Assembly (NCBI GenBank): GCA_965197525.1
Contig: OZ240211.1
Span: forward strand, 1,344,001 to 1,408,000
Origin: Nitrosopumilus sp.
Lineage (GTDB): Archaea > Thermoproteota > Nitrososphaeria > Nitrososphaerales > Nitrosopumilaceae
Direction: 5' to 3'
Length of the DNA stretch: 64,000 nt
Made by a program: the position numbers and the translations under genes. Each line of letters starts with the position of its first letter. Within the stretch, counting starts at the first letter, position 1. Of the stretch, positions 1 to 9,501 are shown piece after piece. The notes beneath the pieces were generated by a model. It was given only the letters and a program-made list of their open reading frames with translations. It did not search any database and was not told the DNA's origin.

Positions 1-559
1 TCAAGAGATTACCGATGATACAACGTATGATGAAGGCCAGATAGTTGAGATTGATCAAGATGAGATGACTGTGACTTTTGTGGCACATCGAGGTTGGGGA
101 TCTGACGGAAAGACAGTCTACTATATCATTACTGATGTCACACCATTGGGGCCAGCACAAACAATTGGCGTCGCATACGCCTCAACCAATGCAGAACTAA
201 TCTCTCACTCCAGCGCAGGTGATCTCTACCAATTTAAGAATGGCATCCAAGGTTCTGGTGCATTAGGATTCCAGCCTGAAATTGCAGACAGGTCACTCAG
301 TGATGAAAACTATAGTCCTATGTGGAAGGTTTATCTTGCTGAATGGCACGATGCAGATACTGCAAAAATTTTAGAGTCGATATCTGATCTTGATTCATTT
401 CGTGCTAATGATTTGATATCAGTCAGTATTGCTAGGCCGACTGTTAGTGATTATATAATTAATTCTCCATTTATAGATCCATTTCAGCAATGGGATGATG
501 ATACTGATAATGATGATGATGATGAGGTAGACGATGAAGATAACGCAGATGGAACTTGA
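1..559 (+). CDS. Conserved thaumarchaeal hypothetical protein (DUF7482-like repeat), 5'-truncated by the window edge, with an acidic C-terminal tail
   Basis: The frame of ORF 65..559 is open back to base 2; HRGWGSDGKTVYYIITD and YSPMW motifs; Asp-rich tail. Confidence 0.55.
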   Translation, partial: QEITDDTTYDEGQIVEIDQDEMTVTFVAHRGWGSDGKTVYYIITDVTPLGPAQTIGVAYASTNAELISHSSAGDLYQFKNGIQGSGALGFQPEIADRSLSDENYSPMWKVYLAEWHDADTAKILESISDLDSFRANDLISVSIARPTVSDYIINSPFIDPFQQWDDDTDNDDDDEVDDEDNADGT

Positions 560-626
560 CGATGTATGATATGCATGGTTACAGCAATAGATGTTACGAT
601 AACATTCACAATACTAAACGGATAAA

Positions 627-1451
627 TTGCTTGATAACAAATCTATTTTAAAATTGACTCTAGGGAAGCTATACATTGTGGGTGTCGGACCCGGACATCA
701 CGATCATATGACGTTTCGTGCAAAAGAGGTTATTGCTCAAAGTGATACAATCGTTGGATATGAGACTTATGTAAATCTGGTTGCGGATCTTATTGAGGGC
801 AAAACCATTTATCGATATGCAATGACTCAAGAAGTAGAACGAGCTCACCAATGTATAGATCTTGCAAAATCTGGAAAGATAGTCTCACTTGTATCAAGTG
901 GTGATCCCGGGATTTATGGTATGGCAGGATTAATTTTTGAGACTCTTGCAGCTACAGGCTGGAATCCCAAAGACGGTCTTCAAGTGGAGATTGTGCCTGG
1001 CGTATCTGCATTAAATTCTTGTGCATCAATTATCGGATCACCATTAATGACTGATTTTGCAGTTCTTAGTATGAGCGACCTGCTTGTTCCATGGAAAATT
1101 ATTGAAAAGAGAGTAAAAGCTGCAGCACAAGGCGATTTCGTCATTGTAATTTATAATCCTGCAAGCAAGAAGAGGATTCACCAATTGCAAGATACAAGAC
1201 AGATTTTGTTGCAGTATAGAAAACCTACTACCCCTGTTGCAATCATCAAAGGCGCATTTCGGGAATCTGAAACTATTGTTATGACTGATCTAGAAAATCT
1301 CCCAAACCATTCTGACAAACTAGGCATGATTTCTACTGTCATTATTGGCAATTCTTCTACCTTTACCTACAAAGACCTGATGATCAACCCTAGAGGCTAT
1401 AAATCAAAATATAATCTAGAGGAGCAAACAAACCCCAATCTCAAGGTCTAA
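627..1451 (+). CDS. cobJ: Precorrin-3B C17-methyltransferase (CobJ/CbiH)
   Basis: LYIVGVGPG, VSSGDPGIYGMAG, VPGVSA, DFAVLSMSDLL, IYNPASKKR motifs of the tetrapyrrole methylase CobJ family. Confidence 0.9.
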   Translation: MLDNKSILKLTLGKLYIVGVGPGHHDHMTFRAKEVIAQSDTIVGYETYVNLVADLIEGKTIYRYAMTQEVERAHQCIDLAKSGKIVSLVSSGDPGIYGMAGLIFETLAATGWNPKDGLQVEIVPGVSALNSCASIIGSPLMTDFAVLSMSDLLVPWKIIEKRVKAAAQGDFVIVIYNPASKKRIHQLQDTRQILLQYRKPTTPVAIIKGAFRESETIVMTDLENLPNHSDKLGMISTVIIGNSSTFTYKDLMINPRGYKSKYNLEEQTNPNLKV

Positions 1452-2491
1452 TGACTATATCTAATTGCTTCATTTTGTTCTTCAGTTAAATTCAAACTAT
1501 TTCTTATAGGAGAGACTATTTTTACTAGATAATCTCCAACCGTCTGTTTTAGGTCACCTGGGTGCAATCGCTTTTCTGCGAAATCTGTTTCAATTTGTGT
1601 ATAATCTGAATATGTTATATTTCCTCCAAACTTCTCAGGCCTTTCTACATTAATCTCCTTGAACTCGTGCAAGATTAGTGTTCTTACAATCTCTAAAACT
1701 GGATTATTCGCGACGTTCCCTTCTTCACACCATGCTTTGCTAATCTTCTTTTTTATCTCTTCATCTGAGTTATGAATGAATATTCCCGAGTTGGGATCTG
1801 ACTTGCTCATCTTGCTTCCTAGAGAGTTCTTTGCATCAAGGGGTTTTACAAGTCCAGGCAGCAGTTTATGATGAACAGCGATTGGAATCTGCCATCCCAT
1901 TTTAGGATAAATCTCTCTCACTAACATATGGATCTTTCTTTGATCCATTCCTGAGTGAGCAATATTGACATCTAAAGAATGGATGTCTACTGCTTGCATT
2001 GCAGGATACAACAGTTTAGCAACATCGATTTTTTTATCATCCTCCGAACGCCCCATAATTGTGAGTGTCCTCATAGTTCTTGCAATTGACATATGTTTTG
2101 TAAATTTTACAAGCTCTGTCCAATACTCTTTCTTCTCTTCATATAGTTTTGAGCCTAGGATGATATCGGCATCAGGACAGACTAATTTGAAAGCATCTTG
2201 ATAGTATTTGGAAATTTTGGAGATTCTCTCCCAATCTCCGCCAAGTTTGTCGTTAATTAGAGTATGCCAATCGGCAAGAAAAATTTTACATCTTACACCC
2301 GCCTTTGTAAAATCATTGATTTTAAAACCTGTACTAATTAGACTACCTAGATGTAGAAATCCAGAGATTTCCAAACCAATGTAATGTGTTGGAGAAGAAG
2401 TTGTTTTAAATAAATTAATTAATTCCTCATGTGTCACCACCTCTTCAGTGGGAGGTCTTTCAATCAACCTTATTTTTTCTAAAATATCCAA
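1448..2491 (-). CDS. tyrS: Tyrosyl-tRNA synthetase, archaeal type
   Basis: YIGLEISGFLHLGS (HIGH-like), YPAMQAVD, GMDQRKIHM, KMSKS. Confidence 0.95.
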   Translation of the reverse strand: MDILEKIRLIERPPTEEVVTHEELINLFKTTSSPTHYIGLEISGFLHLGSLISTGFKINDFTKAGVRCKIFLADWHTLINDKLGGDWERISKISKYYQDAFKLVCPDADIILGSKLYEEKKEYWTELVKFTKHMSIARTMRTLTIMGRSEDDKKIDVAKLLYPAMQAVDIHSLDVNIAHSGMDQRKIHMLVREIYPKMGWQIPIAVHHKLLPGLVKPLDAKNSLGSKMSKSDPNSGIFIHNSDEEIKKKISKAWCEEGNVANNPVLEIVRTLILHEFKEINVERPEKFGGNITYSDYTQIETDFAEKRLHPGDLKQTVGDYLVKIVSPIRNSLNLTEEQNEAIRYSH

Positions 2492-2658
2492 ACCACAAAA
2501 CTTTTGATCAGTAAACGTATAAAGCTATTCAAAACCAGTTCTCTGGTTTTGATATCTGGATAAAACATGCATTCGCTGCGATTGGTGTAATATGTTGCAT
2601 AACCCCTATAATTACCTGAATATTCTAATATACGTAATCTGTCAGCTTTACTGTTAAT

Positions 2659-2720
2659 TCAGATTGAGATAACCCTAATGGTAACTCCCACTACACCATC
2701 GGCGCATCACTCTTCATCAT
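2659..2720 (-). ncRNA. Candidate C/D box sRNA
   Basis: Minus strand: ATGATGA (C box) ... CCGA (D'-like) ... CTGA (D box) over 62 nt; C box overlaps the zinc-finger stop codon; no target identified. Confidence 0.25.
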
Positions 2721-2911
2721 TTACAATTCTTCTTATGTTTTCTTAGTGTCTCTAGCGTATCAAATTCGGCACCACATGCTCTACATTTCTCTTTCTTTTT
2801 GTTATGGGCTTTTTCCTGATGTTTTTTCAGTCTGTCTGAATCAGGAAGAACGGTTCCACACTTTTTACATTTTAATTCATTTTTGTTTCTTCCAAACAAT
2901 CCCATACCCAA
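2717..2911 (-). CDS. Small tandem C2H2 zinc-finger protein
   Basis: CKKC...HQEKAH and CRAC...HKKNC. Confidence 0.8.
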   Translation of the reverse strand: MGMGLFGRNKNELKCKKCGTVLPDSDRLKKHQEKAHNKKKEKCRACGAEFDTLETLRKHKKNCK

Positions 2912-2964
2912 TATATCTTCACATACTAGAAATAGTTTTACGAAATGAGTCTAAACTCCTAAAT

Positions 2965-3537
2965 CTAAGTCCGTGATCCATCTAGGCTCTTTCTAGGCTT
3001 TATGCTTAGGTAAAATGCATGTGCACTAATAATAAAGGCCGCAAGAAACACCTTAGTTGCAAAGACTAGGTTCCACGGTCTATCTGGATCTGGATAAGCT
3101 ACTGACAATTTATCAATATCTGGAACCACCCCATTAACTATCCCTGCAGTTATCTGTGCGTTTAATACTGTAAAATTGTACAACACTTCATAGAAGGTTA
3201 TGATTGTAAATCCCAACAACATTAGTTGTAGTAGTGCCATTCTTGTGCCTACAATCTTATCCCCAGCTGTTCGTCTCCATCCAATTCTAGAGCAACAGTA
3301 CCATCCAATTATAGTTGAAAAAAATATCCAAGTAGAGACTCTAGCAAAATTTTCAAACGGAATAGTTGTATTGTGAATTGCTTCTCCCATCACATAAGTT
3401 CCATTTTCTAACCACTCCATTGTAGTTACGTAAACCCCAAAGATTAGCGATGAGGCCATTATAATCCCACTGACGTAAAAAATATACAAATAAACCCTGT
3501 AACTTGGATCTGTTCTTTCAAGGTGTCGAGGTTTCAT
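2965..3537 (-). CDS. Conserved membrane protein
   Basis: 190-aa ORF with about 4 hydrophobic segments. Confidence 0.7.
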   Translation of the reverse strand: MKPRHLERTDPSYRVYLYIFYVSGIIMASSLIFGVYVTTMEWLENGTYVMGEAIHNTTIPFENFARVSTWIFFSTIIGWYCCSRIGWRRTAGDKIVGTRMALLQLMLLGFTIITFYEVLYNFTVLNAQITAGIVNGVVPDIDKLSVAYPDPDRPWNLVFATKVFLAAFIISAHAFYLSIKPRKSLDGSRT

Positions 3538-3755
3538 AATGCCGTTTTCTTAATTTTGAATTATAAAAATTCATGCTTCTATGACGATGACGATTATGCG
3601 TACATACTCTCACTAGAGAGTAAGTATCTATTGAAAGTTATAATTGATACACCTCCCAGAGGTAATAGAAGAAAGAGGATTACAACAATTCTACCTCATT
3701 TAGGTCAATTACTCTACAACGCCAACTTTATTGCCACAACCGTTCATGATGTATC

Positions 3756-4244
3756 ATGAATATTATCGGTGAAGCGATTGGAGAACTTTGTAAGACCATC
3801 TTGCCCATCCCAGAAGAGTATTATTTCGGAGATCATACCTCATCGATAGCGGTATGTACACTCTCAAGTATTAGTTTATTACGTGATCTTTCAAACTCTA
3901 AAATCTTAAACAGTATCTCAGTTGTTGGAAGATTACTTTCTGAAAATAAAGGAATTGATGGGATTATAAAACACCTATACAAGAATCAGCAAATAACGAC
4001 TATGATAGTTTGTGGCAAAGAAGTCTGGGGACACAAAGCAGGCCACTCTTTATTGGAACTACATAAAAATGGAATAAATCAAAACAAGAGAATCATTAAC
4101 TCATCTAGCCCTGATCCATTTATTACTGCATCTGCCTCTGAAATAAAACACTTTCACGATCATATCACTTTGATAAATCTGATTGACGAGACCAATCCAA
4201 ATATGATAGTCAGAGAGATTCAACGAATACTATTACAGCGCTAA
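3756..4244 (+). CDS. MtrA-like (tetrahydromethanopterin S-methyltransferase subunit A-like) cobamide-binding domain protein
   Basis: IAVCTLSS, VVGRLLSENKGIDGII, IVCGKEVWGHKAGHSL, RIINSSSPDPFI resemble the MtrA domain, including the His position. Confidence 0.75.
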   Translation: MNIIGEAIGELCKTILPIPEEYYFGDHTSSIAVCTLSSISLLRDLSNSKILNSISVVGRLLSENKGIDGIIKHLYKNQQITTMIVCGKEVWGHKAGHSLLELHKNGINQNKRIINSSSPDPFITASASEIKHFHDHITLINLIDETNPNMIVREIQRILLQR

Positions 4245-4600
4245 TACCCATTCTTCTGTCTATCTATGTTTATTTGATTCTTTTTTCTATATTCTGCAAC
4301 AATATCTTCTGGATTGAGATTCAACTCTATTGATGCCTGAACGACAAAATGCCAGATATCAATTAACTCTTCTTTGGCTTCTGCCTCATTGAATTTAACT
4401 GGATTCTTCCACCACTTCCAATTTGTCAGTCTTTGCAATTCAACTGCTTCATGAATAATTGCAGTACATAATGCAGAAACCTTCTCTTCTGTATCTTTGG
4501 GATACCTATCTGATTTGATGACGTTCGCTAGATTCTTTTGAAGTTTGAATATTGTATCTAGCGTATCACCACTGTTTTTTGTATCTAATGACAACGACAA
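4241..4600 (-). CDS. All-alpha (dimeric/MazG-like) dUTPase
   Basis: IIHEAVEL...WKWWK...EELIDIWHF...EYRKKNQINIDRQKNGY. Confidence 0.85.
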   Translation of the reverse strand: MSLSLDTKNSGDTLDTIFKLQKNLANVIKSDRYPKDTEEKVSALCTAIIHEAVELQRLTNWKWWKNPVKFNEAEAKEELIDIWHFVVQASIELNLNPEDIVAEYRKKNQINIDRQKNGY

Positions 4601-4630
4601 GTTTTTGTCAGATACCAGTCTTAAATCTTT

Positions 4631-5533
4631 TTAGAAATGCATCATATCTTCATATATTTTACATCGGTTCTCGATATCACCATCTTTAATACCTAACAAC
4701 CCATCCAAACCATACCCTCCAACTGCAAAAGATCCCATAACATTCCCATAAGTTATCGCTTTTTTAATATCTGAAAAACTTGTCGTGTTCTTTCCTGCCA
4801 GATAACCAATCATTGCGCCTGCAAAAGAGTCACCTGCACCTGTTGGGTCTAATACATCTTCTAGCGGGAACCCAGGCATTGGAAATACTGTATCTTGATA
4901 AAACATTAGAGAGCCATGTTCTCCTTTTTTAATAATTATGTATTTTACTCCCCATTCCATCATCTTTTTTGCACATTTAATCAAGTTAAACTCTTTTGTA
5001 AGCAATCTTGCTTCCTCATCATTAATTACTACCCCGTCAACTGATTGGATCATCTTAATTACCGCATCACGTTTTGTGGATATCCAAAAATCTATCGTGT
5101 CACACATTGAAAATTTTATTTTATCAAATTGCTCTAATACCAAAACATTCTGCTCTGGATCATTATTTGCAAGATATACAAATTTAGATTTTCTATAGTC
5201 GTTAGGTACACTGGGCCTAAAATCTGTCAAGACATTTAGTTCGGTGCTCAACATAGTCCTAACACCTAATGTCTCGTCATATTTACCATCATAATGGAAG
5301 GTTTTACCTTTTTTTATGGTTAAGCCCTGTAAATCAAGGCGTTCTGATAGGATTCTATGATATTTTTCTGGAAGATCATCTCCTGCTACTGCAATCAATC
5401 CGGTATCCACAAAATTACTTGCCGAGATTGCAGCAAATGTCGCAGCACCCCCTAAAACATTCTCTAGAGTTCTTTTTGGTGTTCTGATGGTATCTGATGC
5501 TACAGAGCCGAAGACAGACAGCATAAGACACAA
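4631..5533 (-). CDS. PfkB/ribokinase-family carbohydrate kinase
   Basis: LGGAATFAA, INDEEARLL, KKGEHG, DPTGAGDSFAGA. Confidence 0.9.
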   Translation of the reverse strand: MCLMLSVFGSVASDTIRTPKRTLENVLGGAATFAAISASNFVDTGLIAVAGDDLPEKYHRILSERLDLQGLTIKKGKTFHYDGKYDETLGVRTMLSTELNVLTDFRPSVPNDYRKSKFVYLANNDPEQNVLVLEQFDKIKFSMCDTIDFWISTKRDAVIKMIQSVDGVVINDEEARLLTKEFNLIKCAKKMMEWGVKYIIIKKGEHGSLMFYQDTVFPMPGFPLEDVLDPTGAGDSFAGAMIGYLAGKNTTSFSDIKKAITYGNVMGSFAVGGYGLDGLLGIKDGDIENRCKIYEDMMHF

Positions 5534-5536
5534 AAA

Positions 5537-5989
5537 TTAATTTTGATGTATAAATTTACTTGTCTGTTCGTTTGTTGGATAGAATACAAATGGAATGTCA
5601 ATAGATGCAACAAACACATCATATCTTGTCTCACCTGTAATCTTTATCTTTCCTGTGTCATCTCTAGTCTCAATGTCTTTATGAAACGTGCCTTTAACAT
5701 TTGTACTATCCAGCGGATTTAAAACAAATGGTTCTAATTGACCCATTCCTATTATCTCATCATCAGAGATTATCGAGAATTGAGTCTCACCTGCTGTCAA
5801 CAGTAATAATGTAGGATTTTCAAATTTTAACTCTATATTATAATCCAAACCATTCTCATCTTCATTAAATAACTGACTTTCTACGATGTTAGTTTTTATC
5901 TGTGATATGGATGTGTATTGTACGTACCCAAAGGCAATGATACCTAATACGATTAAGAATACAATTGCTCCCTTTTTCGCAGATCCCAT
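5537..5989 (-). CDS. Membrane-anchored LEA-like hypothetical protein
   Basis: N-terminal TM helix followed by a beta-rich FENPT...GET domain. Confidence 0.55.
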   Translation of the reverse strand: MGSAKKGAIVFLIVLGIIAFGYVQYTSISQIKTNIVESQLFNEDENGLDYNIELKFENPTLLLLTAGETQFSIISDDEIIGMGQLEPFVLNPLDSTNVKGTFHKDIETRDDTGKIKITGETRYDVFVASIDIPFVFYPTNEQTSKFIHQN

Positions 5990-6120
5990 ACTTGGTTTTT
6001 CATAGTTTTTATTTTAACTCAAGCCCAAAAAAATTGCAATAAGTTGTGTAAAAATTTTGATCTAATCTCTAGTCTGATTAGAGCTAGCGTAATAAATTCA
6101 AATTTTATAAATTATATTGA

Positions 6121-6615
6121 TTGGCACGAATCAAACTCAAAACAGGTGAAAACGAGATAGAGGTGGATTCAAAAGATCTCTATGTCGATAATCAATTACT
6201 GAGTCAAATTATCACTAGCATCTCAAACCATCTACCAGAAGACAAGCCAAAAATAGTATATGATGCAGAATCAGTATCTGAACCACCATCATTACCACAA
6301 CAAGTTAATTATTCATCCCAATCTGGTTTGGAATATCTAAACGATGCTGAAGTTTACGAACCTGAATTTACCCAACCAAAACATATTACGATTAAAGAGA
6401 TACCATCAAAATTAAACATTTTAGAGTCTGATGGGTTCTTTGAATCACAAAGAACAGTAACAGAGATTCTTCAACAGCTTCGAGAGTATGGTTGGTCTGC
6501 AAATCCTCTAGATGTCTCAAAAACTTTGGTAAAGATGGCATTTAACAAAGAGATAGTGCGAAATTTTTCAAATGACAGAATTCATTATTTCCAACCAATA
6601 CCCACTTTATCCTAA
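6121..6615 (+). CDS. Conserved hypothetical protein with a possible C-terminal winged helix
   Basis: 164-aa ORF; MARIKLKTGENEIEVDS N-terminus; FFESQRTVTEI C-terminal domain. Confidence 0.6.
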   Translation: MARIKLKTGENEIEVDSKDLYVDNQLLSQIITSISNHLPEDKPKIVYDAESVSEPPSLPQQVNYSSQSGLEYLNDAEVYEPEFTQPKHITIKEIPSKLNILESDGFFESQRTVTEILQQLREYGWSANPLDVSKTLVKMAFNKEIVRNFSNDRIHYFQPIPTLS

Positions 6616-6802
6616 AACTAAGACACTTCTTCTAGAACCGCACATTACTCCGGCACAATAAAAAATGTTGTCAGTTTGACAGAATCTAATTCCATAAACA
6701 CAGGCTTTACATAATGATCTTTTGAATTATCTTCAATGAGAATCTCTTTTCATGAAATGACGTTCAAATATCAATGACACGTATCTAATTTCATCAAAAT
6801 CG

Positions 6803-7021
6803 TTATACCTTGTCATTTTGTGCATCTTGATTCTTACTGAGATGTTCTAAAATGGCCCTAATCTCCACACCCAAATCTTGTGCATCTTTTGCGATGTCTA
6901 GCTTTTCAGGAATACTATTTTTAAAATCCAAATCTTCTGACATAATACTCTGTTTTTGTATACAATCAAGATGATCTTGATCTGTAGCTGAGATTTTATG
7001 ACACATACTACATAGTTTCAT
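6803..7021 (-). CDS. Small hypothetical protein (CxxC/H motif)
   Basis: 72-aa ORF beginning MKLCSMCHK...HLDC. Confidence 0.55.
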   Translation of the reverse strand: MKLCSMCHKISATDQDHLDCIQKQSIMSEDLDFKNSIPEKLDIAKDAQDLGVEIRAILEHLSKNQDAQNDKV

Positions 7022-7077
7022 AAATTATACTCATTAATACCACGATTTAATAATTTCATTTTATCTCTTTGTTACGT

Positions 7078-7151
7078 GGGATCGTAGTCTAGCTTGGTAT
7101 GATACTAGTCTGGGGGGCTAGTGGTCGCAGGTTCAAGTCCTGCCGATCCCG
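7078..7151 (+). tRNA. tRNA-Pro (GGG)
   Basis: Acceptor stem GGGATCG/CGATCCC, anticodon arm CTAGT-CTGGGGG-GCTAG, T-arm GCAGG-TTCAAGT-CCTGC; CCA not encoded. Confidence 0.93.
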
Positions 7152-7916
7152 TTACAATCTTAAAACTTTTAACAAATTATTGAAATTTTCTTGTGTCCTG
7201 TACTGTTTGTACTGCCGTAATGCATCAATAATCTCCTCTTTTGGTGGATTTTTGTATATTTTTTGGATTTTTTTTGCAATTCCTGTTCCAATGAAGAAAG
7301 CCTGAGTAATTGATGTAACATTAGAAGGGCGTCTACTTGTACTAGAACTCTCAAAATCAATCAACATAGCTTTTGTTTCACTCACAATAACATGCTTTGA
7401 GATATTGTTTAGTTCTCCATGATCAAAGCCTATCTCATCTAATCTATAACAATCTTCTAAAATATTTTTTATAACAGTCTTTAGTCTTTTAGAACTGCCT
7501 ACTCCTTTTAACAAATCCACCCAATCTCGAAATTTTTTACCTTGAATATGTTCCATGACTAGAAAATTTCTACTGACATCAAACATTTCGGGGCCAACGT
7601 TTACAGAATTTGCTAATTTTAATAAAACAGCTTCATCTTGCATTCGCTCTCTTTGTGAGTCAGTTCTTCTAATCTTTAATGCAATCTTTTTATTTTCATG
7701 TTTTGCAACAACTACAACACCAACGTATCCTTTACCTAAAATGGCTAACCCTCCAATTGTAGTGGGCCCAGTTAATGAGATTGCACTAATCTTTAGTGTT
7801 TCCAACTCTTTAATTCTTGATTTTATCTGTCGACTGGTTGCTTTAGGATATCCTAAAACATTAGAGTAGGGCTTGTCTACAAATTTTTTAATTGAAATAA
7901 AGGAATACATCATCAA
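7152..7916 (-). CDS. RIO/Bud32-like serine/threonine protein kinase
   Basis: LGKGYVGVV, ALKIRR, DHGELNN, LIDFES. Confidence 0.8.
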   Translation of the reverse strand: MMMYSFISIKKFVDKPYSNVLGYPKATSRQIKSRIKELETLKISAISLTGPTTIGGLAILGKGYVGVVVVAKHENKKIALKIRRTDSQRERMQDEAVLLKLANSVNVGPEMFDVSRNFLVMEHIQGKKFRDWVDLLKGVGSSKRLKTVIKNILEDCYRLDEIGFDHGELNNISKHVIVSETKAMLIDFESSSTSRRPSNVTSITQAFFIGTGIAKKIQKIYKNPPKEEIIDALRQYKQYRTQENFNNLLKVLRL

Positions 7917-9222
7917 TTAAAATTAACTCACTTGCTACCTCTTTAATTGATTTGGTTAAATTTTTCTTGCCGACTGAAACTTCAACACCTTCTTTTAAAT
8001 CCCTTTGAAGGCCTTTTGGAACATTTTTTTTGGCGTCTTTTAAACAGTCAACCATAAACTCTGTTGCATTAACATATCGTCTCTTCTTTAATGCTGTAAT
8101 TTTTTGATCTTTTCCAATCCACATAGGTTCATTATTTCTAAGATTTTTAGATATGAATTTTTTAGAATCATCTTGCCTGAAAAACTCGGGCCCATTTTGA
8201 GAGTATATGTAGCTAATTTCTATAGATTCCAAGAAGAAGAACAAGTAAATCTTCTTATCTTGCCCTACATGCGGTCTGCTTCTAAGTACTGTAAACCCGT
8301 TTGATTCTAACTGCGATGATAACACACCTACCATTTTTTTTATCTGACCCCATATTATATCAGGCCTATTTTCTTTAAAATTAAATCTCACCACTAGTAG
8401 ATTGTTCCAATATGTTTCTGAAATTCTGGTTTTGGCCTCTATAAAAAATTCTTTTGATGGTTTATCCTTGAATGCTCTGCATAAAAGAATGAATTTCCCG
8501 ATATTCTCTGTTGATATTGCAGCAGCTAAATTCCTGTTACTGTCAACCGGATCCATAATCACTAGCGGCGTGTCAAATATTTTTGTAGCCTCGCCAATAA
8601 CTTGCTTTTCTTTTATCTCTGACATTGAGTTTATCAAATTCCTGAAACTTTTGTATCTTAAAATTAAAACCTCTGCAACATAACCACTGAATCCCTGTGT
8701 TGCAATCTCTGCTCCCAGAATTTTATTTGATCTTAAAAATGTCTTCAGAATTCTAACCTCGTTTCTCATCTTAGGTGTTAACGCCTTTCTCATATGTCTA
8801 GTATGAAATGGGGATCTGTCTGCTGCACTTTTCCACTCGCCATTCTTTACATCATAACATGGCACAATATTCACTCGAGTATCTTTAATTTTTCCTTCAA
8901 CATATGGGTGTTGAGAATATCTTATGTCTCTGGAATCAACAGGCAATACACCCAAACCAATCTCCAAAGAAATCTTTTCAAATTCTTTCTCCGATACATT
9001 TTTTTTAAATCTAATAAATATGTCAATATCTGAATTTTGCATCAACCATGTTTTTTTTGCAAACGAACCGCCTAATTCCAAATCTTTTATTTGTGGATAT
9101 CTTTTAATCTCATTTTCAATTAACGTGCATATTTCTTTAGCAGTTTTTTCACGCAACTGCTCTGTTTTTTTTGGGGGCTCGACGTATTTGGAAATCTTGG
9201 AGATTGTGTCTTTCATTTCCAT
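7888..9222 (-). CDS. cca: CCA-adding enzyme, class I archaeal
   Basis: GGSFAKKTW...SDIDIF, HPYV, SAADRSPFH, GFSGYVAEVL, DPVDSNRNLAAA. Confidence 0.95.
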   Translation of the reverse strand: MEMKDTISKISKYVEPPKKTEQLREKTAKEICTLIENEIKRYPQIKDLELGGSFAKKTWLMQNSDIDIFIRFKKNVSEKEFEKISLEIGLGVLPVDSRDIRYSQHPYVEGKIKDTRVNIVPCYDVKNGEWKSAADRSPFHTRHMRKALTPKMRNEVRILKTFLRSNKILGAEIATQGFSGYVAEVLILRYKSFRNLINSMSEIKEKQVIGEATKIFDTPLVIMDPVDSNRNLAAAISTENIGKFILLCRAFKDKPSKEFFIEAKTRISETYWNNLLVVRFNFKENRPDIIWGQIKKMVGVLSSQLESNGFTVLRSRPHVGQDKKIYLFFFLESIEISYIYSQNGPEFFRQDDSKKFISKNLRNNEPMWIGKDQKITALKKRRYVNATEFMVDCLKDAKKNVPKGLQRDLKEGVEVSVGKKNLTKSIKEVASELILIDDVFLYFN

Positions 9223-9390
9223 ACCTTAATCTCCACTGAACTCTTGCAATCAGTTTGGCCATATGGATTTATTTTATTTTTTTTAAACTTTATCCTCAAT
9301 ATTTCATGCATAGCATAACCAATCATTCTTACTCTTTCAACTCTTATCCCGTTCAACCTCCTTTTAATTTTAAATATTGTGATGTAAGAT
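9213..9390 (-). pseudogene. thpR: Remnant of RNA 2',3'-cyclic phosphodiesterase (ThpR/LigT, 2H family)
   Basis: Minus frame reads YITIFKIKRR...IKFKKNKINPYGQTDCKSSVEIK*, resembling the C-terminal third of archaeal ThpR (PHITxFRIK...KLKKSxLTPxGPIY); His of HxT reads Tyr; in-frame stop upstream; overlaps the cca start. Confidence 0.6.
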
Positions 9391-9501
9391 TCTAACTAAC
9401 TCTCAGTCTCATCCCCTTGGTTAGTTTGATAAACTAGGATGATTTGCCAACCTGATACGTATTCTCAGTTAACTTCATACTGATCTCTGATTCCCTAACA
9501 T

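Noticed and set aside
3523-3759. 78-aa ORF from the track
   Set aside because: No motif, overlaps both neighbours and has atypical composition; probably spurious.
7078-7200. tRNA-Pro as a possible integration site
   Set aside because: No duplicated tRNA 3' end and no integrase were seen in the window; the neighbour is a housekeeping kinase.
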